A stretch of DNA of 35,752 nucleotides from a virus (lineage: Duplodnaviria > Caudoviricetes): positions 1 to 35,752 of the IMG/VR virus record IMGVR_UViG_3300020727_000044, one strand, 5' to 3'. The position numbers were made by a program, and so were the translations under genes. This document shows, in pieces, positions 1 through 8,059 of the stretch (positions are counted from its first letter, which is position 1; every line of letters begins with the position of its first letter). The notes beneath the pieces were generated by a model. That model was not told the DNA's origin. It did not search any database and saw only the letters and a program-made list of their open reading frames with translations.

Positions 1-2
1 GT

Positions 3-374
<372 letters not shown>

Positions 375-381
375 ATAACCT

Positions 382-612
382 ATGCAAACAGCAATGGAAT
401 GGTATTTTGAAGAAGAGGAAAAATTTAGAAGAGGGCAAACTAAACACCTAAGCGTTGGTCCAATACAAAAAAAAGCACTTGAAAAAGAAAAAGAGCAGAT
501 AATAGATGCACATATTGAAGGTCAAAGAGTTTTTGATAAATATCAACATACTCAATGGACAAATGACCAAGCAGAACATTACTACAACCAAACCTATAAC
601 CAAAATAAATAA
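382..612 (+). CDS. Small hypothetical phage protein (MQTAMEW...EKEQIIDA...EHYYNQTY type)
   Basis: 76 aa ORF tightly packed between neighbours; motif pattern resembles small proteins I recall from Bacteroidota phages. Confidence 0.8.
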   Translation: MQTAMEWYFEEEEKFRRGQTKHLSVGPIQKKALEKEKEQIIDAHIEGQRVFDKYQHTQWTNDQAEHYYNQTYNQNK

Positions 613-614
613 TC

Positions 615-1124
615 ATGAAAGAACTACTAATGAAATTAAATGCTTGTAAAGATGCAAGAGAATGGGCGGGTGATAAATCTTGGGAAGAGATTTATAATAC
701 TTGCCATAGAGGAGATTGGCTTCTTTGGTTATTCAAAAGAACTAATCCAGATGACTTACAACTATTAACCTTAGCAAAAGGGCATTGTGCAAACACAGTT
801 CGTCATTTAATGAAAGATGAAAGAAGCATTAAGGCGGTTGATGCAGCCATTGCTTTTGGTGAGGGTAAAATAAGTAGAGATGAGTTAGATGCTGCTGATG
901 CTGCTGCTTTTGCTGCTTCTGCTTCTGCTGCTGCTGCTTATGCTGATGCTGCTTCTGCTGCTTCTGCTGCTTATGCTGCTTATGCTGCTGCTTATGCTGC
1001 TGCTGCTGCTTCTGATGATGCTTATGCTGCTTATGTTGCTGATGCTGCAAAAAAAGAAAATCAACAATTAACGGCAGACATTTGTAGAAAGTATTTACCA
1101 ATAGAAGTTTGGAACATAAAATAA
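615..1124 (+). CDS. Ala-repeat protein (Imm5-like helical phage family), copy 2
   Basis: 169 aa; AC..A.EW, RGDWLLWL, CANTVRHLM.DERS.KAVDAA motifs followed by Ala-rich tract; synonymous divergence from copy 1 confirms the frame. Confidence 0.85.
   Translation: MKELLMKLNACKDAREWAGDKSWEEIYNTCHRGDWLLWLFKRTNPDDLQLLTLAKGHCANTVRHLMKDERSIKAVDAAIAFGEGKISRDELDAADAAAFAASASAAAAYADAASAASAAYAAYAAAYAAAAASDDAYAAYVADAAKKENQQLTADICRKYLPIEVWNIK
888..1046 (+). repeat. Degenerate trinucleotide tract (GCT/GAT/TCT/TAT)n, second copy
   Basis: Directly visible; 36 nt shorter than copy 1 (alignment offset 786 upstream of the tract vs 750 downstream). Confidence 0.95.
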
Positions 1125-1131
1125 ATAACCT

Positions 1132-1308
1132 ATGAAACAAGAAGAAAAAAAACCAGTAGAAATAACAAGATTAGAAATAATAAACCATGCAAAGAATGAT
1201 AAGCCTTTTGGTAGGTTATTAACTTTGTATAAGGAGTTAGGAGATTTTGAGGTATTAGAAATAGTGTATCAAGATGGGAAAAAGACTTTAAAGATATTTT
1301 TAGATTAA
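1132..1308 (+). CDS. Small hypothetical protein, 58 aa (not in ORF track)
   Basis: MKQEEKKPVEITRLEIINHAK...YQDGKKTLKIFLD*; same upstream spacer as the 382 gene. Confidence 0.75.
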   Translation: MKQEEKKPVEITRLEIINHAKNDKPFGRLLTLYKELGDFEVLEIVYQDGKKTLKIFLD

Positions 1309-1343
1309 TATTATGAGCTGAATAATTTATTTATTTGGCTCAC

Positions 1344-1375
1344 TTTGTTACAAGAATTATTAAAAATTACCTTTA
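1344..1375 (+). promoter_or_regulatory. Bacteroidota sigma70-type promoter
   Basis: TTTG(1344-1347)-N20-TACCTTTA(1368-1375), one mismatch to TTTG-N19-21-TAnnTTTG. Confidence 0.55.
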
Positions 1376-1404
1376 CTTTATTACATAACTACTCAAATAA
1401 AACT

Positions 1405-1815
1405 ATGAAAAAATTAAAATTAACTACAGTATTATTATTTTTAAGCATTATTTCTTTTTCCCAATCTACTGAAATTATTTACAAAAAAGAAATAGGAAGA
1501 TGGAATGATAGTACAAAAACTTGGTTTTTTAAACCAATAGAATCTACTAATTTCATATTGTCAATGAAAAATTCTTTAATTATAGCTTACGATGAAGATA
1601 TAAAAGTCATTCATGCAGGTAAAGTAGTAGGACATGATTCTAGTAGTATGCATTATTCAACACAATGGAAATCTGTTGATGAAAAAAATAAAGATTGTAT
1701 TTTTTCAATAGTTGATTACTATAGAGCAGGATTTATGATGATTGTAATAGTTTACAAAAATACTTGTATAAGATATTATGAAAAACCTGGATCGTATGTA
1801 AAAGAAGTTAAATAA
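1405..1815 (+). CDS. Secreted/periplasmic hypothetical protein with Sec signal peptide
   Basis: ATG 1405 gives MKKLKLTTVLLFLSIISFS|QSTE: basic N-region, hydrophobic core, Gln after cleavage typical of Bacteroidota; preferred over TTG 1345. Confidence 0.75.
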   Translation: MKKLKLTTVLLFLSIISFSQSTEIIYKKEIGRWNDSTKTWFFKPIESTNFILSMKNSLIIAYDEDIKVIHAGKVVGHDSSSMHYSTQWKSVDEKNKDCIFSIVDYYRAGFMMIVIVYKNTCIRYYEKPGSYVKEVK

Positions 1816-1847
1816 AATAAAAACCCTCCCTATAGAAATAGGGAGGG
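1815..1847 (-). terminator. Intrinsic terminator (U-tail on minus strand; may act in both directions)
   Basis: CCCTCCCTAT-AGAA-ATAGGGAGGG 10-bp stem at 1824-1847, preceded by an A-run on + strand. Confidence 0.85.
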
Positions 1848-1885
1848 AAATTAACTCATTAAAAACCATGAAAAACTGAAACTAC
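1815..1885 (-). ncRNA. Candidate ~70-nt small RNA antisense to translation-start regions
   Basis: Minus-strand TAAATTTG at 1890-1897, body containing UUUUUCAUGGUUUUU, then the terminator hairpin. Confidence 0.45.
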
Positions 1886-1908
1886 ATAACAAATTTAAAT
1901 TAATTTAT

Positions 1909-2106
1909 TTAAACTTCTATTTTTTTTATTTGAAATTCTACTTCTTCGTAATATAAAATTAAATAATCCTGGCATCCAACTTTCATTTTTTCTATACACA
2001 TACTTGCACATTTCTTAGCCATAATTTTATTATTGCATATATCTAAGTAAGATTTATATATAATATTAGCAAATGATTTAGCAGTATTTCTATTAATATC
2101 TATCAT
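1909..2106 (-). CDS. Hypothetical protein, 65 aa
   Basis: ORF in packed minus-strand operon; AKKCA...YYEEV...I motif pattern. Confidence 0.7.
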   Translation of the reverse strand: MIDINRNTAKSFANIIYKSYLDICNNKIMAKKCASMCIEKMKVGCQDYLILYYEEVEFQIKKIEV

Positions 2107-2111
2107 GATTT

Positions 2112-2270
2112 TTATTTTTTAACTGAATTTCCGCCTCTAACTTTGGCCAATAACTGAAATACGGAATACTCTAACTTGCCTATATTCTGATACCATTTAG
2201 CTAAATAAGTTTCTTGATCTTTTAAATTCATTTTAAAAAATTCCTCCGGTAGTTTGTCTATTATATTCAT
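2112..2270 (-). CDS. Hypothetical protein, 52 aa (not in ORF track)
   Basis: MNIIDKLPEEFFKMNLKDQETYL...LLAKVRGGNSVKK*; fills the gap between NinG and the 2106 gene. Confidence 0.7.
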   Translation of the reverse strand: MNIIDKLPEEFFKMNLKDQETYLAKWYQNIGKLEYSVFQLLAKVRGGNSVKK

Positions 2271-2271
2271 T

Positions 2272-2814
2272 TTAATTAAATTTTTTATTTATTAATTGAA
2301 CTTTAAATCTTGTTTCGTTTATCATTGCCTTTAATTCTCCAATAGAAGGCTTATAAACAGTTCTTCCTAACTCTCTAAGGTATTCTACTGTTCCGGTTCT
2401 ATCTTTCTCTAAATGCAGCTCATATTCGTCAAGATTGCCTAATTTATATTCATTACACTCTTTACAAGCTGGTTTGCAATTATCAGAATGAAATCTTGTT
2501 GCTAAATTAGCACGAGGTATAAAATGAGAGTTCTGGGATTGCTTCCAATGCATTACCTTTCCGCAAGTATAACATTCTACATTACCATTCGCATCCGCAT
2601 CCTTAGTTCTAATATAAACTGAAAAAATAGAATCATAATCATCTATTAAGTTTTGTAAACTTTCATTTTCTTCACTATCTTCATATATACTCATTCTTTT
2701 TTTAGTAGAAGATATAGTTGAACATTGTTTGCACTCTCCTTTAGAGAATATGTAGTCCAGATTCCCACAGGTCTTGCATCTCTTTTTCTTTGATATTATA
2801 GTTGAATTTCTCAT
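2272..2814 (-). CDS. ninG: NinG/Rap-like recombination endonuclease
   Basis: FSVYIR.KD...CYTCG...QNSHFIPR...TRF...NC.PAC..CN...GN: CxxC pairs and His motif of the lambda NinG family. Confidence 0.85.
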   Translation of the reverse strand: MRNSTIISKKKRCKTCGNLDYIFSKGECKQCSTISSTKKRMSIYEDSEENESLQNLIDDYDSIFSVYIRTKDADANGNVECYTCGKVMHWKQSQNSHFIPRANLATRFHSDNCKPACKECNEYKLGNLDEYELHLEKDRTGTVEYLRELGRTVYKPSIGELKAMINETRFKVQLINKKFN

Positions 2815-2885
2815 TATTTTTTTTTAATTCGTCAATTAATACATTAAATGATATTATCAATAATACCACATAAAGAACAAAATAC

Positions 2886-3017
2886 TTAAACATTTTTTAT
2901 TATTTTACAAAGTTTATTATTTATATATCTATAATAAAAAACAATTCCATCTCTTTCAACTTTTATTTCGCAATTCAATAACTTAGCTAACAAATATATA
3001 TTTTCTGAATTAATCAT
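2886..3017 (-). CDS. Hypothetical protein, 43 aa (not in ORF track)
   Basis: MINSENIYLLAKLLNCEIKVERDGIVFYYRY...; ATGA overlap with stop of the 3014-3289 gene. Confidence 0.55.
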   Translation of the reverse strand: MINSENIYLLAKLLNCEIKVERDGIVFYYRYINNKLCKIIKNV

Positions 3018-3289
3018 AATTGACTTAATTCTAATTGATCTATTATCACTTGCTTTTGCTTATTATTTAATTTATATAAAATATCTAAACCAATTCCATC
3101 TATTACAATTTCAACGCTTGTTAGATATACTTTTTCCTCATCCTCGTTAAACTCATGCCTACCATGACATTCTTCAATTCTAATTGGATGATGAATAGTT
3201 ATTAAATCATAGCCTACTAATATTTCCATATCAGTAAAATTACCTCCTATTGGTATTATTTCTGTAAAATGCTTTGATGTCGTTTTCAT
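3014..3289 (-). CDS. Hypothetical protein, 91 aa
   Basis: ORF with A-rich leader, downstream of a minus-strand promoter motif. Confidence 0.75.
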   Translation of the reverse strand: MKTTSKHFTEIIPIGGNFTDMEILVGYDLITIHHPIRIEECHGRHEFNEDEEKVYLTSVEIVIDGIGLDILYKLNNKQKQVIIDQLELSQL

Positions 3290-3311
3290 GGGTTTAATTT
3301 TTTTATTAAAA

Positions 3312-3319
3312 CAAAAATA
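3312..3319 (-). promoter_or_regulatory. -7 promoter element for the leftward operon
   Basis: TATTTTTG on minus strand, 22 nt upstream of ATG 3289, in a divergent intergenic region. Confidence 0.55.
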
Positions 3320-3343
3320 TAAAAAAATTTTATAAAAAAAAAA

Positions 3344-3374
3344 TTTGTAGATTAAATCTTTATATTTTACTTTG
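3344..3374 (+). promoter_or_regulatory. Rightward promoter of the replication operon
   Basis: TTTG-N19-TTACTTTG, one mismatch to consensus. Confidence 0.45.
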
Positions 3375-3395
3375 TGAAAAATTAATACAAAACAA

Positions 3396-3692
3396 ATGAG
3401 ACATGGAAGTTTATTTAGTGGTATAGGTGGTTTTGATTTAGCTGCTGAATGGATGGGATGGGAAAATATATTTCATTGTGAATGGAATCCATTCGGACAA
3501 AAAGTTTTAAAACATCATTTTCCAAATTCAATTAGTTATAATGACATTACTAAAACAGACTTCTCTATTCACAGAGGAAGTATTGACATCCTTACAGGAG
3601 GATTCCCATGCCAACCATATTCAGTTGCAGGAGGAAATGCAATAGTACCACAAGTAGCATTTGAAATTTTTAAAGCAATAAATAAAATATAA
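3396..3692 (+). pseudogene. dcm: DNA (cytosine-5)-methyltransferase with large in-frame internal deletion
   Basis: Motif I (SLFSGIGG) and motif IV (GGFPCQPYSVAG) joined directly to motif X (GNAIVPQVA); motifs VI-IX and target recognition domain absent; only 98 aa. Confidence 0.8.
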
Positions 3693-3697
3693 TAAAA

Positions 3698-3892
3698 ATG
3701 GAAAAAAAAGAAACAAAAGATTTAATCTTAGAAGAAATAAATAAGCAAGAAAGAAATCTTGCTTGGTTAAATAGGAAAACTAAAATTCCATATCCAACTT
3801 TGTATTCAATTTTTATACAAGGAATAATTAATTTATCTGATGAAAAATTAAAGATAATTAATGAAGTATTGGGAACTAATTTTAGTTTATAA
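3698..3892 (+). CDS. Cro/XRE-like helix-turn-helix regulator
   Basis: 64 aa; LAWLNRKTKIPYPTLYSI...LKIINEVLG HTH pattern. Confidence 0.7.
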   Translation: MEKKETKDLILEEINKQERNLAWLNRKTKIPYPTLYSIFIQGIINLSDEKLKIINEVLGTNFSL

Positions 3893-3909
3893 TTATAAAT
3901 ACAAATATA

Positions 3910-4464
3910 ATGGCAAAAGATCCTGCATTTTTATTTTACCCTAACGATTGGATTGGTGGGACTATGGGTATGACTTTTGAAGAAAAGGGTGCTTATATGG
4001 AGCTTCTTATGTTGCAATTTAATAGAGGTCATATGACCGAACATATGATAGGTCTTACGATAGGTCAAATGTTTGGTCGTATTAAGGACAAGTTTATTCA
4101 AGATAAAGAAGGATTATGGTATAATGATAGGTTAGAACTAGAAAAAAACAAGAGAAAATCATATGTTGAATCGAGATATAACAATAAGTCTGGCTTAAAT
4201 CAGCATAAAAATAAAAAATCTATTAAAAGTGGTCATATGACCATACATATGGAAAATGAAAATGTAAATAATATTAATACTCTACATAATAAAGTTAAAC
4301 AAGAAGAAAACTTTTTAAAAGAAAAAACTCAAGAAAATGGAAAAACAAATTACATCAAGTATGATCAATCACAGGGGGAACATTATTTGGATAGGAGAGT
4401 ACGAGAAGCTAGAATCCAAATCGCTGAAATGGAAAAAAATAGAAAAGGAGATATTCCAAGCTAG
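3910..4464 (+). CDS. DUF1376/YdaU-like replication initiator protein
   Basis: PAFLFYPNDW.GGT.GMTFEEKGAYMELL...YNDRLELE N-terminal signature. Confidence 0.8.
   Translation: MAKDPAFLFYPNDWIGGTMGMTFEEKGAYMELLMLQFNRGHMTEHMIGLTIGQMFGRIKDKFIQDKEGLWYNDRLELEKNKRKSYVESRYNNKSGLNQHKNKKSIKSGHMTIHMENENVNNINTLHNKVKQEENFLKEKTQENGKTNYIKYDQSQGEHYLDRRVREARIQIAEMEKNRKGDIPS
4027..4086 (+). repeat. Iteron-like 12-bp tandem repeats (candidate origin); second cluster 4231-4251
   Basis: GGTCATATGACC|GAACATATGATA|GGTCTTACGATA|GGTCAAATGTTT|GGTCGTATTAAG. Confidence 0.55.
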
Positions 4465-4840
4465 GCAAAATGGATTAGTAATTTCCGAGATAGATGAAAA
4501 TGTTTTTAAAGCCTATTTTACAGATTTGATATACAGAGTTTGTGCAATTACGGGAATGAATAAGCCGCCAACTGAATTTGAATTTGATTTTTTAGTACAA
4601 GAGTTAATGGTTTTTTTAAGTGATTGCGGATTTGGAAATTTATCTACTGAGGAATTTTTATTAGCTTTTAGGCTTAATTGTAGCATAATTTTGAATTATC
4701 CTATTGGAATGGAAAGCAACTGTATTAACTTGGTAGGTGTAAATGCTAATATAGATTCCTTTTCTAAAGTATTATTCTCTTACACATTGCTTAGAAATAA
4801 TTTAGATTCAAAAATTAAAAACCATATTGATGGATACTGA
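4337..4840 (+). CDS. Hypothetical protein (position of a helicase loader/initiator partner)
   Basis: 167 aa ORF between initiator and primase-helicase; start uncertain because of a 128-nt overlap. Confidence 0.7.
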   Translation: MEKQITSSMINHRGNIIWIGEYEKLESKSLKWKKIEKEIFQARQNGLVISEIDENVFKAYFTDLIYRVCAITGMNKPPTEFEFDFLVQELMVFLSDCGFGNLSTEEFLLAFRLNCSIILNYPIGMESNCINLVGVNANIDSFSKVLFSYTLLRNNLDSKIKNHIDGY

Positions 4841-6905
4841 AAAAAACTTTAACGACCTGAATCAAATAGAAGGACTACAATTTATCCCTGTTAATGAAAA
4901 GAAAGTTCCTACAGTTAAGAACTGGCAAACAACTAAAACCAAATATGATTTAAGTAAATCTTATGGTGTCGGATTAGTTTGTGGAGATATTTCAGGAAAC
5001 TTAGAAGCATTGGATTTTGATTGCAAGTATGATTTAACAGGCAAATTGTTTAACGATTACAAAAGAATAGTAAATTCTTATGATAAAGAATTGTTGAATA
5101 AGATGGTAGTTCAGAAAACTAAGAACGGAGGTTATCATTTTATTTATCGGTGTAAAAAAGTAGAAGGTAATTTAAAATTAGCAAATCGTGAAACTACATA
5201 CGAAGAAAAGAAGAAAACATACGACGATACCTTAAAATTTGAGTTACTAAATAGTAAATCACAAGAGGATGCTTTAAAAATCGCTGAAAAGGCATCTAAT
5301 AGCGACAAGGTTCGAGTATTAATTGAAAGTAGGGGAATTGGTGGGCAAATAGTTTGCTACCCTACAAACGGCTATAAATTGATTTTTGGAGATTATTATT
5401 CAATTCAAGAAATAACTCCAGAAGAAAGAGATTCTTTATTTGCAATAGCAAGGCAGTTTAATTCTGTTTTTGACGAGGTAGTAATACCTAAGTCAGCTAA
5501 AATATCTAAGACAAATGGATTATCTACATTTGATGATTATAACGAAAGGGCTGATGTAGTTTCTTTGCTACAAAATCATGGATGGAAAGTAGTAAGTCAA
5601 AAGGGAAATAAAACACATATGCTTAGGCCTGGACAAAGTTCTGCTCAAACAAGTGGAAATTACGATCACGATAAGAAATGGTTTAGTGTTTTTACCACAA
5701 GTACGGAATTTGAACCTCAAAAAGGATATTTACCTTATGCTGTTTATGCTACTTTGGAGTGTAATAAAGACTATTCTTTAGCGGCAAGCAAGTTATTTCA
5801 ATTAGGTTTTGGAGAAAGAAAAGAAGTTGAAAAGCCTAAGAAAGATTATCAAAGCACTAGAGTTATACAGTCAAGAGTAGATGTAGAGGATGAAGATTTA
5901 TCTTTTTTGGCAACACCAAAAGATTATGATGATTATTTGCAACAAGTTATAGATGGCACTTTAAAAATAGGTTTAACTACAGGAAGTCCTGCACTAGATG
6001 AGCATTTTTTATTTAAAGAAAATTCATTTGTTAATATAAACGGTATAGATAACGTTGGTAAATCTGTTTTTGTTTGGTGGATGCTATTAGTTGCTTCCAT
6101 GTATCATGGATGGAAAGGTATAATATTTTCAAGTGAAAATACTTTAGGCGCTTTTATGAGAAAAATGATTCAATTTTATTGGGGTAAGTCTTTAACAGGA
6201 AAGTACCCTATGAATCCATTAGAATATAAAATTGCAAAAGAGTTTATAGAAAAACATTTCATTTTGATTAAAGCACAAGAAGATTTGTTTAACTACAAGG
6301 ATATTATAAACATGGTTAAGAAAGCTAGAAAGAAGTATCCTGATTTGAAATATGGTTTAATAGATCCTTATAATTCTTTAAAAATAGATTTAAGTGGATT
6401 TAGCAAATTAAATACACATGAGTTTCATTATGAAGCACTTAGTGAATTGAAATCTTATGGACAACAGTCTAGTTTTGGGTGGTTTGTTAATCATCATGCA
6501 GTAACAGCAGCAGCTAGGGCAAAGGATGGAGAAAAGAAATATCCATTAGCCCCAAATAAGGCAGATACGGAAGGAGGCCAAAAGGTTGCAAATAAAGCGG
6601 ATGATTTTTTAACTATACATCGTATAACATCTCATCCTACGGAATGGATGGTAACAGAGGTTCATGTAAGAAAGATAAAAGATACAGAAACCGGAGGAAG
6701 GCCTACATCTATGGATTGCCCTGTAAAATTTGAAATGTATAGAAATGGATGTGGGTTTATAGAAAGATTAGAACAAGGAGGGCAACCGGTAGATCCAATT
6801 AATAGTTGGCATTTGTTACAAAAAGATAATAAACAAATGAAAATTCAAATTAAACAAGAAGAACCTAAATTAAACTATAAACCTATGGATATTGAATCTT
6901 TTTAA
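4827..6905 (+). CDS. Bifunctional primase-polymerase (Prim-Pol) fused to a DnaB/SF4-type helicase
   Basis: LEALDFD, TKNGGYHFIY, LIESRG.GG Prim-Pol motifs; Walker A GIDNVGKS, FSSEN, LIDPYN, KADDFLTIHR. Confidence 0.9.
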   Translation: MMDTEKNFNDLNQIEGLQFIPVNEKKVPTVKNWQTTKTKYDLSKSYGVGLVCGDISGNLEALDFDCKYDLTGKLFNDYKRIVNSYDKELLNKMVVQKTKNGGYHFIYRCKKVEGNLKLANRETTYEEKKKTYDDTLKFELLNSKSQEDALKIAEKASNSDKVRVLIESRGIGGQIVCYPTNGYKLIFGDYYSIQEITPEERDSLFAIARQFNSVFDEVVIPKSAKISKTNGLSTFDDYNERADVVSLLQNHGWKVVSQKGNKTHMLRPGQSSAQTSGNYDHDKKWFSVFTTSTEFEPQKGYLPYAVYATLECNKDYSLAASKLFQLGFGERKEVEKPKKDYQSTRVIQSRVDVEDEDLSFLATPKDYDDYLQQVIDGTLKIGLTTGSPALDEHFLFKENSFVNINGIDNVGKSVFVWWMLLVASMYHGWKGIIFSSENTLGAFMRKMIQFYWGKSLTGKYPMNPLEYKIAKEFIEKHFILIKAQEDLFNYKDIINMVKKARKKYPDLKYGLIDPYNSLKIDLSGFSKLNTHEFHYEALSELKSYGQQSSFGWFVNHHAVTAAARAKDGEKKYPLAPNKADTEGGQKVANKADDFLTIHRITSHPTEWMVTEVHVRKIKDTETGGRPTSMDCPVKFEMYRNGCGFIERLEQGGQPVDPINSWHLLQKDNKQMKIQIKQEEPKLNYKPMDIESF

Positions 6906-6957
6906 CAAATAGTTATAGTTAGGTTTATTAATTTTGAATGATTAAAAGAAACGATAG

Positions 6958-7218
6958 ATGATTAAACAAAGACCTGTAAACAATGTAATTAATCCATTGT
7001 ATGAAAACTATTCAGTCGCATTATACGATATGAATATTGAAGATGTAAAAGAAAGACATAAAAGGAGGTTAGTATTTGAAAAAGCATCTCAAGCAGCCAA
7101 TTTCTTAGGTTATATACCAAGTAAGTTTTATGAAAGAATAGGCGATGGCAAAATTAAAAAATATGCTTTTCATCAAACAAGTAAAAACAAATTTGCAGTA
7201 AGGAGGATTACAATATGA
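6958..7218 (+). CDS. Hypothetical protein, possible NUMOD1-like small DNA-binding domain
   Basis: FEKASQAANFLGY pattern; ATGA overlap with next gene. Confidence 0.65.
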   Translation: MIKQRPVNNVINPLYENYSVALYDMNIEDVKERHKRRLVFEKASQAANFLGYIPSKFYERIGDGKIKKYAFHQTSKNKFAVRRITI

Positions 7219-7718
7219 ATACAATAAAAGATAATTTAAAAGATATAATAAACATAATTGGTGAAGATATAGAAGATTTAAAAATAAAGGATATTGAATC
7301 AATATACAATAAACTAACAAAATCAAGGGGTATATTGTATGATTATATTATTTCTTATAGAGGTTTTCAACAACCAACTTTGCTTTCTGATAGTATTATA
7401 AAATTTTTTGAAGAATACTATCCAGTTTACAAAGCAAAAAATAGAAAAGTAGAAGTAGTAATATCCAGGTATGCATTCTTTTTTATGATGAATAAGTGCG
7501 CAAAAATGACATTAAGTGATATAGGAAGTCATTCGGCATTTAATCATAAATATGACCACACAACTGTTCTGCATGGTGTTAATACTTTTTTAATTAGGTA
7601 TGAAGTTAAAGATGATTTAGTAATGAATATTTTAGAATTTGCAGAAAAAATATTAGATATAAGATTTGATCAAGTTATTAAAGATGTTTTATATCATAGA
7701 GATTTAGTAAACAAATAA
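7215..7718 (+). CDS. Protein with DnaA C-terminal (domain IV)-like HTH
   Basis: RKVEVVISR...MTLSDIG...DHTTVLHG matches the DnaA-box binding signature. Confidence 0.8.
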   Translation: MNTIKDNLKDIINIIGEDIEDLKIKDIESIYNKLTKSRGILYDYIISYRGFQQPTLLSDSIIKFFEEYYPVYKAKNRKVEVVISRYAFFFMMNKCAKMTLSDIGSHSAFNHKYDHTTVLHGVNTFLIRYEVKDDLVMNILEFAEKILDIRFDQVIKDVLYHRDLVNK

Positions 7719-7729
7719 AAACCATAAAT

Positions 7730-8053
7730 ATGTCAAAAGTAGAAATTAAAAACGATTGGGCTAAAGCCATTTACATTCTTTATTTAAATAAAATGTCCGG
7801 AATAAGCATGGCAAAGGTATTAAGCAATCATGAGCCTTCTTTTTATAAATGGCAAACCAGGCTTTCGGAAGTAGAAAGAGCTAATCCAAAATTAAGAATA
7901 TCAAGAACAAGGGTTCATTATAAATCAAAAATGGATGGTAAGTCTAAAAATTATATAAAATATACACCATTAAGCCCTGATCCATATATTTTAAAATTAA
8001 TAAACGAATTAAACGAAGGTTTTAAATCAAAAACAAATTCACCAAATAAATAA
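7730..8053 (+). CDS. Hypothetical basic protein (possible winged HTH)
   Basis: 107 aa ORF in operon; TRLSEVER motif. Confidence 0.7.
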   Translation: MSKVEIKNDWAKAIYILYLNKMSGISMAKVLSNHEPSFYKWQTRLSEVERANPKLRISRTRVHYKSKMDGKSKNYIKYTPLSPDPYILKLINELNEGFKSKTNSPNK

Positions 8054-8059
8054 AAAAAT

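Noticed and set aside
2741-2893. Small hydrophobic minus-strand ORF starting MFKYFVLYVVLLIISF
   Set aside because: Frame runs well into ninG and nothing else supports it; possible but not callable
3902-3909. Antisense TATATTTG promoter pointing into the HTH gene (also 2991-2998)
   Set aside because: TAnnTTTG occurs often by chance in DNA this AT-rich; no -33 element or terminator supports a unit
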